A stretch of 64,000 nt of DNA, from positions 1 through 64,000 of the IMG/VR virus record IMGVR_UViG_3300029841_000001, one strand, 5' to 3'. Source of the DNA: a virus. Its lineage: Duplodnaviria > Heunggongvirae > Uroviricota > Caudoviricetes. A program made the translations under genes and the position numbers. Position 1 is the stretch's first letter. Every line of letters begins with the position of its first letter. This document shows positions 39,131 through 48,686 of this stretch, in pieces. The notes under the pieces were generated by a model that did not search any database, had not been told where the DNA came from, and saw only the letters and a program-made list of their open reading frames with translations.

Positions 39131-40009
39131 CTACCATGTAATTTCTTCTGAACCAGAAGATGTTGTAACTGAATTTACTACATTATTTTCTGCTTCATTA
39201 ATGATAATGTCTACAATTTCATTCGTAATACTATCCATAGTCACTTTTCTAAAATGAACATCATCAAGATATTTTCTATAAGATGTTTCAATCTCATCTT
39301 CGTCCCATCTACGACCATGATTTACATCTAAATGATAAATATTAAATTTTTTAGAAACTTCATTATATAAATCTTTTGTTTCTACATCATCTTGAAGATT
39401 ATCCCCTGTTGCTTCAATCAATCCGCTATAACAACCTCTTAACGGAAGATATGGATTAAGCTGTTCATCTCCCATAGTGATGATAATTCCTTTTCTTCCA
39501 CGATTTAAACAATCAAGCTTTGTATGACGAGAACCAAAATACCATGCTGCGGTATAAGACTCGTAATTATTTCCACCACCACCAAATTCAAAATAAATTT
39601 TATCAAGCTGTTCAGCAATACGAATATCTGATTCAAACTGAGAAGCTTGAATAGGGTAAATGTCACATGCTAAATCTCCAATCCCCATAATGAGAAATTC
39701 AACATCTGTTACTTTCTCATATAATTTAGTCATAATTACATTGAGTTTCTTTGCTACTTCAACGGCAGCTTGTCCCATAGATCCAGTAACATCTAATGCT
39801 AAAATAACTGGAACTGTATTTGGATGTTCTTCTGTGTCGCAACATTCCCTGATTACATTTTTAGGATTCAGTGCAGGATCAATATTTGTAGCTTTGAACA
39901 TATCCTGATTAGAATAAGAACCACTAATTGTTCCATCTTTTGAAACACTTCTTCCTACTGATTTTGAATAACTTGTATAACTAGCTCTTGTCCATGATCC
40001 ACATCCCAT
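39131..40009 (-). CDS. von Willebrand factor A (VWA) domain protein
   Basis: MIDAS motif ILALDVTGSMG. Confidence 0.55.
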   Translation of the reverse strand: MGCGSWTRASYTSYSKSVGRSVSKDGTISGSYSNQDMFKATNIDPALNPKNVIRECCDTEEHPNTVPVILALDVTGSMGQAAVEVAKKLNVIMTKLYEKVTDVEFLIMGIGDLACDIYPIQASQFESDIRIAEQLDKIYFEFGGGGNNYESYTAAWYFGSRHTKLDCLNRGRKGIIITMGDEQLNPYLPLRGCYSGLIEATGDNLQDDVETKDLYNEVSKKFNIYHLDVNHGRRWDEDEIETSYRKYLDDVHFRKVTMDSITNEIVDIIINEAENNVVNSVTTSSGSEEITW

Positions 40010-40010
40010 A

Positions 40011-40619
40011 TTATGCTTCCTCCTCTTCTTCTACATCTGTATCATTGTCTGTATCAAAATCAAACATTCCATCAAACATTTCTCCCATATTTCCACCCAT
40101 CATCATAAATGGTAACATGGCACTCATTCCTCCACTATTTCCATTTAGCATTCCAGAAGAATTGTTTTCACCTTTCATCATTTGTGAAAGCATCATATAT
40201 TTAAAAATATTGTTTGTGCCTTTCTTTCCTTTTAAAATATCACATCCAAACATTGAAACAATTTTCCCATAAAAATATGTATTACCCATAAATACATGTC
40301 TCTCAGGTAAAATAGTTTCTACTGTTGAATCTTCATAGTTGATTACAGTAATTTTAGTTTTATCAGATTCAATGACACATTTTGGTTTATTATTAACTAA
40401 AATAATATCACCTTTTTCTACTTTATTTGTTGGAATTACAAAGAAAAATTCTTCTCCAATATCAAACACAAAATTGCTACAATTAGTAAGTTTACTTGTT
40501 TTAACATTGTAGCTTTTGTACCCGTTTGATGTTTTTACTGCAATTCCTCCATTCATTGAAAGCCTACACATTCCACTTCCAACTTTCCCAAACATCCCGT
40601 TTAAAAAATTGTTCATCAT
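40011..40619 (-). CDS. Hypothetical protein with Gly/Met-rich and acidic C-terminal tail
   Basis: 202 aa; ...GMLNGNSGGMSAMLPFMMMGGNMGEMFDGMFDFDTDNDTDVEEEEEA; overlaps the VWA gene (operon). Confidence 0.4.
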   Translation of the reverse strand: MMNNFLNGMFGKVGSGMCRLSMNGGIAVKTSNGYKSYNVKTSKLTNCSNFVFDIGEEFFFVIPTNKVEKGDIILVNNKPKCVIESDKTKITVINYEDSTVETILPERHVFMGNTYFYGKIVSMFGCDILKGKKGTNNIFKYMMLSQMMKGENNSSGMLNGNSGGMSAMLPFMMMGGNMGEMFDGMFDFDTDNDTDVEEEEEA

Positions 40620-40688
40620 TTTTTATTCCTCCTGTTTTATATATTATTTATTGTTATGTGCTTTATTTCTCCAAATGAAACTGCCGTT

Positions 40689-40874
40689 TCAAGATTCCCT
40701 TGCAACCAGTTCCGTAATAGCATAAATCAAATCATCTAATAGTTCTTCCTTATCTTCCGCACTCAAAGATTTCGTGACTTCTTTTTGTCCACTATGATTT
40801 CTTGTGAATACTCTATATTTATTGTTATCAAAATCATACTCTACTCTAAATCTGCTTCCTACTAGACTAATCAT
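40689..40874 (-). CDS. Hypothetical protein
   Basis: 61 aa. Confidence 0.3.
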   Translation of the reverse strand: MISLVGSRFRVEYDFDNNKYRVFTRNHSGQKEVTKSLSAEDKEELLDDLIYAITELVARES

Positions 40875-40884
40875 TTTCTATTCC

Positions 40885-41190
40885 TCATATTTCCTCAAAC
40901 ATATTTTTGTTTATACACGCTTGACACTTTCTCCCTACAACATCTTTCTGTCCATACTTACACTCAGTACAATTAGCCAGCTCAAAATATTCTCGCTCCC
41001 ATTGAAGAACATTATGGAAATCATATGAAGCATATCCCATATGATAATTGTCTTCTCCAACTTCCTTGTATTTTAATAAATAACATGGTTTATCGTCTAT
41101 AATCTCGAAAATTTGTTCTATATCGGTTACTTTTGTTTTTGGATTATGTTTAATATTTGTACTTGTTTTACACATTGCTATTACTCCCAA
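40885..41190 (-). CDS. Cys-rich hypothetical protein
   Basis: 101 aa. Confidence 0.35.
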   Translation of the reverse strand: MGVIAMCKTSTNIKHNPKTKVTDIEQIFEIIDDKPCYLLKYKEVGEDNYHMGYASYDFHNVLQWEREYFELANCTECKYGQKDVVGRKCQACINKNMFEEI

Positions 41191-41540
41191 TCAAGTTTCT
41201 GTCCGCATTTATCACAATAAATAAAAGATCTATTAAGTCCTTCTCCGCAACAAGGACAATTTCCTCTTGAAGTATAATAGTTTCCAGAAAAATCGAGAAT
41301 GGATTTCATATTTGTGATTTTCTTAGGAATTTGTTTTTCCAATGCTTTAATGGCTTTCATTCTAACTTCGTAAGTACATTTACCACCATAAGCTGTGTCG
41401 TCATAACTTAATTCTTTTAATGCTTCTTCTGGTTTCATATTAGTCCTCCTAATGAAATTTCTCCTTAATGGAAACATAATCAATGAATACTCGCTTTCTT
41501 TTACCACATTTCTTACATTCCAGAACAGCTTCCTCAGCAT
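41181..41540 (-). CDS. Zinc-ribbon protein
   Basis: CPCCGEG...CDKCGQKL. Confidence 0.35.
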   Translation of the reverse strand: MLRKLFWNVRNVVKESEYSLIMFPLRRNFIRRTNMKPEEALKELSYDDTAYGGKCTYEVRMKAIKALEKQIPKKITNMKSILDFSGNYYTSRGNCPCCGEGLNRSFIYCDKCGQKLDWE

Positions 41541-41715
41541 CCTTCCAATACCAAACCAATTTGTATTTATGTGGTTTGCAGAGACATTTTATTTTGCATC
41601 CATTCTTTCGCCATCTATTGAATTTATTGATTATTGTGCAGAGTAATCCGTAAATAATAGCGGCAACTACGTATATCCCCAACATCATAAGAATTTCTTT
41701 TATCACTTCGATCAT
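41449..41715 (-). CDS. Membrane-anchored zinc-ribbon protein
   Basis: N-terminal TM helix, C-terminal CKKCGK. Confidence 0.3.
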   Translation of the reverse strand: MIEVIKEILMMLGIYVVAAIIYGLLCTIINKFNRWRKNGCKIKCLCKPHKYKLVWYWKDAEEAVLECKKCGKRKRVFIDYVSIKEKFH

Positions 41716-41733
41716 TTCTTATCTCCATTTATC

Positions 41734-41934
41734 TTATATTTTCTCTATTACTTCCAACTTTTTTCCACAATACGGACAATAATTATAATTATCCGCATAA
41801 TCTTCACAACCGTCTTGAAATGAATTGAGATAACTTGCACCATACGGTTTACTGTTTGCGACATTACACCAAATGAATACTGTTCCATACGGATTTATGT
41901 ATTTGAAGCAATTCAGGTGCTTTTTATTTCCCAT
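41734..41934 (-). CDS. Small zinc-ribbon protein
   Basis: CPYCGKKL. Confidence 0.3.
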   Translation of the reverse strand: MGNKKHLNCFKYINPYGTVFIWCNVANSKPYGASYLNSFQDGCEDYADNYNYCPYCGKKLEVIEKI

Positions 41935-42361
41935 TCTTCTTCATCTCCTCCAGCTTCTTCTCGGCTTCTTCACGAGTGAGGAAAATAGATTTTCCTATAG
42001 AATTCTTCATAATTGAAGTAAACTTAATTTCTTTTACATAATATTTCTTCTTTTCATACTCGCATTGAACATATTCTTCACATTTCCATTTTTGAGTAGC
42101 TTCACAATGTTCATAATCATAAATACAATCAAGAAATGATCCTACTACATACACATTAGTTCCTGTCGCAACTGGCAATCTCACAAGCAAGCCCTGTTCT
42201 TCTAAGTCTTCATAAGTGGCAAGCTTTTCAATCGCAGGATATAAATATTCTCCGCTTAATACTTTAACAAGAGGTATTTTATTCTTAGATTCAAATACTT
42301 TTATCCCTGAAATTCCATTCTTTTCATCATTTGGAACATATCTTTCTGTTAATCTCTCCAT
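41924..42361 (-). CDS. Hypothetical protein
   Basis: 145 aa. Confidence 0.4.
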   Translation of the reverse strand: MERLTERYVPNDEKNGISGIKVFESKNKIPLVKVLSGEYLYPAIEKLATYEDLEEQGLLVRLPVATGTNVYVVGSFLDCIYDYEHCEATQKWKCEEYVQCEYEKKKYYVKEIKFTSIMKNSIGKSIFLTREEAEKKLEEMKKNGK

Positions 42362-42374
42362 TTATTTCAACCTC

Positions 42375-42605
42375 TTAAAAAATCATATCTTCCAAGTATT
42401 CATAAATTTTATATGGGATAAAACAAATTACCATAAGTACAAATCTTAATATTACAATTGGAATCTGTGCTATCATACATAACAAACACCAACTACACGC
42501 CCATTTATTTTTCCTCCACCAATCAACAGGGGAACCATTGATGTATCCGTTTTCATCTTCTAACGATCTCTTAGCCATTCTACTTATTGCAATCAACCGC
42601 TTCAC
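42375..42605 (-). CDS. Small membrane protein
   Basis: 76 aa, hydrophobic core. Confidence 0.3.
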   Translation of the reverse strand: MKRLIAISRMAKRSLEDENGYINGSPVDWWRKNKWACSWCLLCMIAQIPIVILRFVLMVICFIPYKIYEYLEDMIF

Positions 42606-42925
42606 CTCTCAAACTTAATCTTCTTACCAATGTATTTCTCTATAATCGCACCTAATTCATCAGAATATGTTTTCACAACATAATCTGTATCAACTTTAAT
42701 CGCAATAATTACATTATGATCGTCTACCAAAATTCCACCAACTGTACCACCAGGAACACGAATTGGATAATTATGAAATCTATCTCTATCCCTATAATCC
42801 AATAGATAATGCTTATAATATGGATATTCTCTTATATCAAATCCTGCACATCGGTCTAATTCTTCTGTGAATTTACAATAATACTGTTTATTATTACCTA
42901 AACTATATTTCTCTTTTAGAATCAT
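42602..42925 (-). CDS. Hypothetical protein
   Basis: 107 aa. Confidence 0.35.
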   Translation of the reverse strand: MILKEKYSLGNNKQYYCKFTEELDRCAGFDIREYPYYKHYLLDYRDRDRFHNYPIRVPGGTVGGILVDDHNVIIAIKVDTDYVVKTYSDELGAIIEKYIGKKIKFER

Positions 42926-42929
42926 ATTT

Positions 42930-43000
42930 TGTCCTCTTTACATATACCATATATAGCATTTAAAAATGTTATATATACTATATATGGTATTTAATTAACC
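42930..43000. promoter_or_regulatory. Intergenic inverted-repeat element (ATACCATATATAGCAT ... TATACTATATATGGTAT)
   Basis: Palindrome built on the same CTATATATAG core as the 6205-6278 element, in a non-coding gap. Confidence 0.4.
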
Positions 43001-43018
43001 ATGAAACTCGTGTTTCAT

Positions 43019-43228
43019 CTAATAGCGTTTATATGTCACAAATTCTCCATTCTCAAACTCCACTTCAATTCTTGTAGGATATCCAGTATTATCTCCTTTG
43101 AATGAGACATATTTCTTTCCTATAATTTTTAAATTTGTTTTATGATTCTCTTCACACTGTTTACATTTGTTTTTGTCTGAATATTCTGTTCCACAAACTT
43201 CACACTGATATCTGGTACTTGTTTTCAT
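43019..43228 (-). CDS. Zinc-ribbon protein
   Basis: CEVCGTEY...CKQCEE; 69 aa. Confidence 0.35.
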   Translation of the reverse strand: MKTSTRYQCEVCGTEYSDKNKCKQCEENHKTNLKIIGKKYVSFKGDNTGYPTRIEVEFENGEFVTYKRY

Positions 43229-43275
43229 AACATTAAACCTCTTTAAATTATATTTTGTATAAGGAATATAGCCGC

Positions 43276-44184
43276 TTATGCGACTACATCCTCAATACTC
43301 TTTTCTCCAACTGGAAATACTTCTGGTTCTTCGGCAGCCACAGACTCTACATTTTTCTTTAACTGCTCAAAATAACTATCTTTTAATTCACTTGCAATTC
43401 CTCTTCTTCCTAATTTAAGTGCAACATATGGAGTAGAACCAATTCCACCAAACGGATCAAACACAATATCGTTTGGATTCGTCCATAATTCAATACATCT
43501 CTGAATTACTTCAAGCTGTAATGGACAAATATGTTTCTCATCCTGTTCAGATCTTGCTGATTTTCTCTGTAATGTATCACTCTGCCTAATGTCCATCCAT
43601 ACAGGTGAAGCGTAATTTTGCCATACATTAACAGGAAATGATTCATTTGTGTGTTCAACTCGTTCTGGATTATCACCAGGCTTCCTAACCGTAATTACAT
43701 AATCTGGAAGTCCTTGACGACTCATACTACTATCTTTCTTAATCTGTTTATGTAAAAGCCCAAGTGCTTTTGTTCTTTGCATTTCCGTAACAGGATTCTT
43801 CCAAATAGTTACTTTACTATGGTAAATGAATCCACAATCCTGAAAGATTTTAAGCATGAGCGCAGGAAAATCTTTTAATCCAATAACACCATCTCTTGAC
43901 TTCATGAGAGGTAAATCCATACAGTGAAAACTCAGAAGTCGTCCAGGCATTGTAATTCTATATAATTCTTTTGCAAGATATTTGAAATGGTTATAAAATT
44001 CTTCATCGCCCTTACAGTTACCCATATCTCTATCTGAATTGGAGTACACATATAACTGTGAAAATGGTGGTGAAAAGATAGTGTAGTGGATGCTATTATC
44101 TGGAATCTCCTTAGTAATTTCTACACTATCTCCATGATAAAGTGCATATCTGTTTGCTACTGCTTGATCAATTACATTCATCAT
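43276..44184 (-). CDS. DNA N6-adenine/N4-cytosine methyltransferase (beta class, PF01555-like)
   Basis: Motif IV FSPPF (D/S-PP-Y/F) near the N-terminus, then motif I VFDPFGGIGSTP near the C-terminus; this order defines beta-class amino-MTases. Confidence 0.7.
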   Translation of the reverse strand: MMNVIDQAVANRYALYHGDSVEITKEIPDNSIHYTIFSPPFSQLYVYSNSDRDMGNCKGDEEFYNHFKYLAKELYRITMPGRLLSFHCMDLPLMKSRDGVIGLKDFPALMLKIFQDCGFIYHSKVTIWKNPVTEMQRTKALGLLHKQIKKDSSMSRQGLPDYVITVRKPGDNPERVEHTNESFPVNVWQNYASPVWMDIRQSDTLQRKSARSEQDEKHICPLQLEVIQRCIELWTNPNDIVFDPFGGIGSTPYVALKLGRRGIASELKDSYFEQLKKNVESVAAEEPEVFPVGEKSIEDVVA

Positions 44185-45548
44185 TATTTAAATTCCTCCC
44201 AGTTTGGTAATTTCATTGTTGTATTTGCTTCATATGGTGTAGTAAGCCTACACGTTGATTTAAGCTCTTTCTTAGTAATTTCTTTAGTCAGATTAATCAT
44301 TGCATCTCTCATAGTAATGAAATCTAATTGTTTTCTTTCGATATTCTCTTTTACACAACCTTCTTTTGCTGAAATGATTATGTATACATTGACTTCTTTT
44401 GTCTGACCAAAACGCCAACATCTTCTTACAGCCTGATAATACTGCTCAAAACTATCAGAAAGTCCAGTAAAAATAACATTGTGGCAATTCTGCCAATTCA
44501 TGCCATACCCTGCGAGCTGTGGCTTACTGATAAGACATTTTAATTTTTCATCAGAAAATGATAGCATTGTTTCACTCTTGTATTTATTCTTATCACTTCC
44601 TTGAACGTTTTTACTTTCCTCAATCAGTTCATTTAACCTATCACCTTCGGCATTAAGATCACACCATACTAACCACTGTTCATCAGAATTATTCACTAAC
44701 TCCGCTGCTTTTTGGCATCTTAATTCAAGAGTATCTTTTCTTGCATTTCTACGCTCTGTTAATGTGAGTGATTCAGTAATTGGTTCATTTCCATCAACTA
44801 TAATTTCGTGAATATTCAAATTAGGTAATTCATAATCTGTACCGTCATATCCTAAATTTGATGGATTATCAATAAATACAGACCAACTTGCCATCCATTG
44901 CCAAAATACATCTTTTGCATGACCTTTCAATCTCCACTTAGATGTTTGACCACCATCATGAACAAAGAACATTGATAACATCTCTGAACGTGTCATAACT
45001 CCACAAAATTCAGAATGATTTCCCAACTCCATATAATCATTTGGGGCAGGTGTTGCAGTACAAGCTAATTTATAGGGAACATTTTGGAAATTCTCGATAA
45101 TAGAAGTCCTCACTTTACCAGTGTAGGATTTAAGAATTGAACTCTCATCTAAGACTACTCCAACAAATTCATTTGCTACGAATTTATCTAGTTTCTCATA
45201 GTTTGTAATATTAATTCCATTAATACAATCTTCCTGTTTCTCACATACTTTTGAATTATAATGGAATTTTTCAGCTTCTCTCTTTGTCTGATCCGCAACC
45301 GATAGAGGTGCAAGAATCAAAACTTTACCGCCCGTATGTAGATGTACTTGATGCGCCCATGATAATTGCATTAGTGTTTTACCAAGCCCACATTCTGCAA
45401 AAATACAAGCTCTACCTTTTGCTAAAGCCCATCTTACTACATCTTTCTGAAAGTCAAATAACATGGGATTTAGTTTATCTTTATCAATATTAAATCCGCT
45501 ACTTTCCAGAACATAATCCTTTTGTTTTAGAAAATCTTCGTAATTCAT
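44184..45548 (-). CDS. SNF2/DEAD-like superfamily-2 helicase
   Basis: Motif I ECGLGKTL, motif II VVLDESS, motif VI QAVRRCWRFGQ; its stop overlaps the MTase start. Confidence 0.65.
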   Translation of the reverse strand: MNYEDFLKQKDYVLESSGFNIDKDKLNPMLFDFQKDVVRWALAKGRACIFAECGLGKTLMQLSWAHQVHLHTGGKVLILAPLSVADQTKREAEKFHYNSKVCEKQEDCINGINITNYEKLDKFVANEFVGVVLDESSILKSYTGKVRTSIIENFQNVPYKLACTATPAPNDYMELGNHSEFCGVMTRSEMLSMFFVHDGGQTSKWRLKGHAKDVFWQWMASWSVFIDNPSNLGYDGTDYELPNLNIHEIIVDGNEPITESLTLTERRNARKDTLELRCQKAAELVNNSDEQWLVWCDLNAEGDRLNELIEESKNVQGSDKNKYKSETMLSFSDEKLKCLISKPQLAGYGMNWQNCHNVIFTGLSDSFEQYYQAVRRCWRFGQTKEVNVYIIISAKEGCVKENIERKQLDFITMRDAMINLTKEITKKELKSTCRLTTPYEANTTMKLPNWEEFK

Positions 45549-45570
45549 TCAATCTCCTTTTAATTATTTA

Positions 45571-45960
45571 TTATTGTTTATATTTTTCTATAAAATCTAA
45601 TTCTCCATTAGACTTTAATCTTTCATATTCATCAATCCAATATTGAGCTTTGTATCTATTATTGTTTGTTGATTTCCACATATTGTAATCAAACTTTTGA
45701 TGTGGCTCTTGTGAACTTAATACACGTTTACAAAATCCATATAGATAAATAGCATATTCATTAGACAATTTTCTTATATATCCGTTATGTATAAAAGCAC
45801 TTGTATTATCCCAAGGCTCCCGTTCATCAGTAAGTGTTCTATCATACAACTCAGTTTGTGCATTATAATAACAACGCACTTTATAATATAGTTCTTCTAT
45901 TGGACTCTTTTTTACTGATTCAGCGAATACTTTACTTCTCCATTCATAAGGTTCAAACAT
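45571..45960 (-). CDS. Hypothetical protein
   Basis: 129 aa. Confidence 0.4.
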   Translation of the reverse strand: MFEPYEWRSKVFAESVKKSPIEELYYKVRCYYNAQTELYDRTLTDEREPWDNTSAFIHNGYIRKLSNEYAIYLYGFCKRVLSSQEPHQKFDYNMWKSTNNNRYKAQYWIDEYERLKSNGELDFIEKYKQ

Positions 45961-45961
45961 T

Positions 45962-46225
45962 TTATTTAATCTCCAACGGAATATTTTCCATAACCGCTCT
46001 CATCTGTAACACCGCATAATAATCTTTCATAGCTCTTAACTGTAAATCATATGTACTCCTAGGACAAGTTGGCTTGAAATTCAATTCATTATGATCCCAG
46101 TTGTCTAACATTCTCTCAAGCCCTAAAATTCTAATTTCTAATTGTTTATATTCAGCAATAAATCTTTCTTTATAATCTGTGCTGCACATAATATCTACCG
46201 TATCTTTTAAAGTTTTATATTCCAT
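45962..46225 (-). CDS. Hypothetical protein
   Basis: 87 aa. Confidence 0.35.
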   Translation of the reverse strand: MEYKTLKDTVDIMCSTDYKERFIAEYKQLEIRILGLERMLDNWDHNELNFKPTCPRSTYDLQLRAMKDYYAVLQMRAVMENIPLEIK

Positions 46226-46562
46226 AATCTTATATTCTCCTTTGAAATAAATTTTTTATTGAGTCAAGATTGAAACTGCTAAAGGAATCATCATAATCCA
46301 TATTGATTCTAAATCTTTTGTGATTGCTATTCCTGCAATCGCAACAATCGCACTTGCAATCCACATAATACATTCAGGTACGTTATTCATACGTTTTACT
46401 CCTATCTGATGTTGTTCTATTGGTAAAACTCATCTTAATATTTCGTGAATCATAACCACATGTACATGTAAAATAAACTATTGGAGATCCACAGAAATAT
46501 CCAATAGTTTGTTTTAAAGTTTTATAACATATCGGACATGTATTCATAGTTTTATTTCTCCT

Positions 46563-47108
46563 TTAATGTTCATATTTGTCTTTTAACCTTTGTAATTCAG
46601 CTAATTCTTTTTCTCTTAGTTGTTTCTCTTTTTCTAATCTTTCTTTTTCTTTAAAAGGTCTTACAAATTTTTTATTCATCAACTTAATATTTTCATCATA
46701 AATTTTACCATCACCGTAAGAACGTAATTCTGCCAAATAATCTTGTGCAATTTTTTCAGCAAGTTTTCTATCATTATGACTAATATTAATTTCAAATTTT
46801 ATCCAGTTACACAATCTATTACTTTTCGTTATGCTATTGCAATGCAATTCATTATCTATATAATATCTATATCTATCGGGTTCTTTTCTCATAGTGTATT
46901 TATTATTTTTATCATAATCAAAAAGAACCTCATGAGTATACTTTAATTCTACTTTCGACAGATCTTTTTCATTTGTTAAATTTTTTAATGGTTCTACATA
47001 ATAATCAGCATGAGAGATACAACAATATTTTTCTGCATCATCACGATTATCAAAATAACCAACTATATACCAGTCGCTATAACAACCACCAAATACTCCA
47101 TATACCAT
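46563..47108 (-). CDS. Hypothetical protein with C-terminal coiled coil
   Basis: 181 aa. Confidence 0.4.
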   Translation of the reverse strand: MVYGVFGGCYSDWYIVGYFDNRDDAEKYCCISHADYYVEPLKNLTNEKDLSKVELKYTHEVLFDYDKNNKYTMRKEPDRYRYYIDNELHCNSITKSNRLCNWIKFEINISHNDRKLAEKIAQDYLAELRSYGDGKIYDENIKLMNKKFVRPFKEKERLEKEKQLREKELAELQRLKDKYEH

Positions 47109-47153
47109 AATTCCCTCCTATTTATCCATTCTATGAAAGATTTCTTTCAACTG

Positions 47154-47333
47154 TTATCGGCTTTTATATTTCTTCTCTATTCCACATTTTTTACAACGAT
47201 AAGTTTTCATACGATATAATGGATATTTGTAAGGTGTTCCATCTAAATGTTCTCCATATGCATAAGTATCAAAAATTAATTCCCAGTCATGTTTACAAAA
47301 ACAACTTCGTATATAATTAATTAACCTTTTCAT
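47154..47333 (-). CDS. Small zinc-ribbon protein (59 aa)
   Basis: Read by hand: MKRLINYIRSCFCKHDWELIF...YRCKKCGIEKKYKSR. Confidence 0.3.
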   Translation of the reverse strand: MKRLINYIRSCFCKHDWELIFDTYAYGEHLDGTPYKYPLYRMKTYRCKKCGIEKKYKSR

Positions 47334-47501
47334 TTAAAATCCACCTTCCATTGCCAAGCAACACATTAATATTGTTATAATTATTGAAGTTGTACATGAG
47401 ATAATGACATTTTCTAATTTATTTCGATTAGCGTACCATTTTGCCGCAATCATATTTAGAATAATCAACGCACCCATTATACAATACCTAATGTCATTCA
47501 T
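47334..47501 (-). CDS. Small membrane protein (55 aa)
   Basis: Read by hand: MNDIRYCIMGALIILNMIAAKWYANRNK...; two hydrophobic segments. Confidence 0.3.
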   Translation of the reverse strand: MNDIRYCIMGALIILNMIAAKWYANRNKLENVIISCTTSIIITILMCCLAMEGGF

Positions 47502-47820
47502 TATTATTCCCTTTCATCTCATCGGATTCCCTGTTTATGCTCCAATATTGCAAGAAATTGTATTGAAAGCATTCAGCAGAAAAGTCTGAATAACTCTGCA
47601 ATTTGTCTGGTTTAGCTTGTGCCCTGTAGCAATGACTACGTTTTGGACAGTCACTACTACGGCACATAGTAATATCAGGCATTTTTATTACTATCTTTCT
47701 TCTTACGTTTCACGGAATCAGCTTTAATTTTAAGCTGCTCATTCTCAATTTTTCTCATCATCCCTCTGAATTTTCCTGTCTGTTTACTTGTAATTCCCAT
47801 AATGCTTTCTCCTTTTCTTA

Positions 47821-48032
47821 TTATGAATTAAAATATTTTACAATCTGTTTGCCAATCCAACGTCCCATTGGAACAGCAACAGCATTACCAATCTGTCTAT
47901 AAGCATCATTATCTGTTCACAGAACTCAAACCAATCTGGAAAACCTTGTAGTCTAGCATATTCCCTTACTGTATATGGTCTAATTCTATTTTCATTTTTG
48001 ATTAATCTTGTTCTTGGAAATAATTTGGATGA
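47821..48032 (-). pseudogene. C-terminal remnant of a DNA (cytosine-5)-methyltransferase, frameshifted
   Basis: One frame reads ...RPYTVREYARLQGFPDWFEFCEQ. After a -1/+2 shift near 47905-47925 the frame continues DNDAYRQIGNAVAVPMGRWIGKQIVKYFNS*. This is C5-MTase motif IX/X (ENV...QIGNAV). No N-terminal motifs (FxGxGG, PCQ) are present upstream. Confidence 0.6.
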
Positions 48033-48061
48033 TCACCCATAGAAATTTACTTAGATATGTA

Positions 48062-48217
48062 TTATTCCTCCCAATAATCATAATTAGGATTCATAAGACA
48101 TTCAGGACATCTACAGACTAATTCTCCATCTTCGTCCTCGTAATAATCGTCACCATAACCACTACATTCATAGCAGTAGTCATATGGATCTTCTTCATAA
48201 TTGTCTAAATCATTCAT
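48062..48217 (-). CDS. Small acidic zinc-ribbon protein (51 aa)
   Basis: Read by hand: MNDLDNYEEDPYDYCYECSGYGDDYYEDEDGELVCRCPECLMNPNYDYWEE. Confidence 0.35.
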   Translation of the reverse strand: MNDLDNYEEDPYDYCYECSGYGDDYYEDEDGELVCRCPECLMNPNYDYWEE

Positions 48218-48686
48218 CTTTCACCTCTAGTTTCTTTAAATCTTCAATGCTCCAAGGTTTTTCATTTTCCCATTTTATAAAATCAAACATACCGCCAAAT
48301 GGCTTTTTAGAAATATAACAATAGTCACACATTGATATATTTTCGAGACACCAACCATCATATCCTTTACTTGGCAGTGAATCAAAAACATATAAATTTT
48401 TATCTTCACCTCTTGCTAAATATTTCCATTTAGCTACAATCAAATCAAGGAACGTTTTCTCTTTTGATGTGATTGTAGGTTCCTCTACATATTCTGATTC
48501 AGACCATTCACGTAATTGATCGAGGCATACCTGTGAACGTCCAATATGTTCAACCATATCAAACATGCATGATTCACAATTAATATTATCACAACAAACA
48601 ACTTCATTATCTTTTGTTACTGCTATACTCCTACCATTACAAGCAATATCTACAATTTCTTTAGCGAATTTCTCTCTATTTTTCAT
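48210..48686 (-). CDS. Cys-rich hypothetical protein
   Basis: 158 aa. Confidence 0.4.
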   Translation of the reverse strand: MKNREKFAKEIVDIACNGRSIAVTKDNEVVCCDNINCESCMFDMVEHIGRSQVCLDQLREWSESEYVEEPTITSKEKTFLDLIVAKWKYLARGEDKNLYVFDSLPSKGYDGWCLENISMCDYCYISKKPFGGMFDFIKWENEKPWSIEDLKKLEVKDE

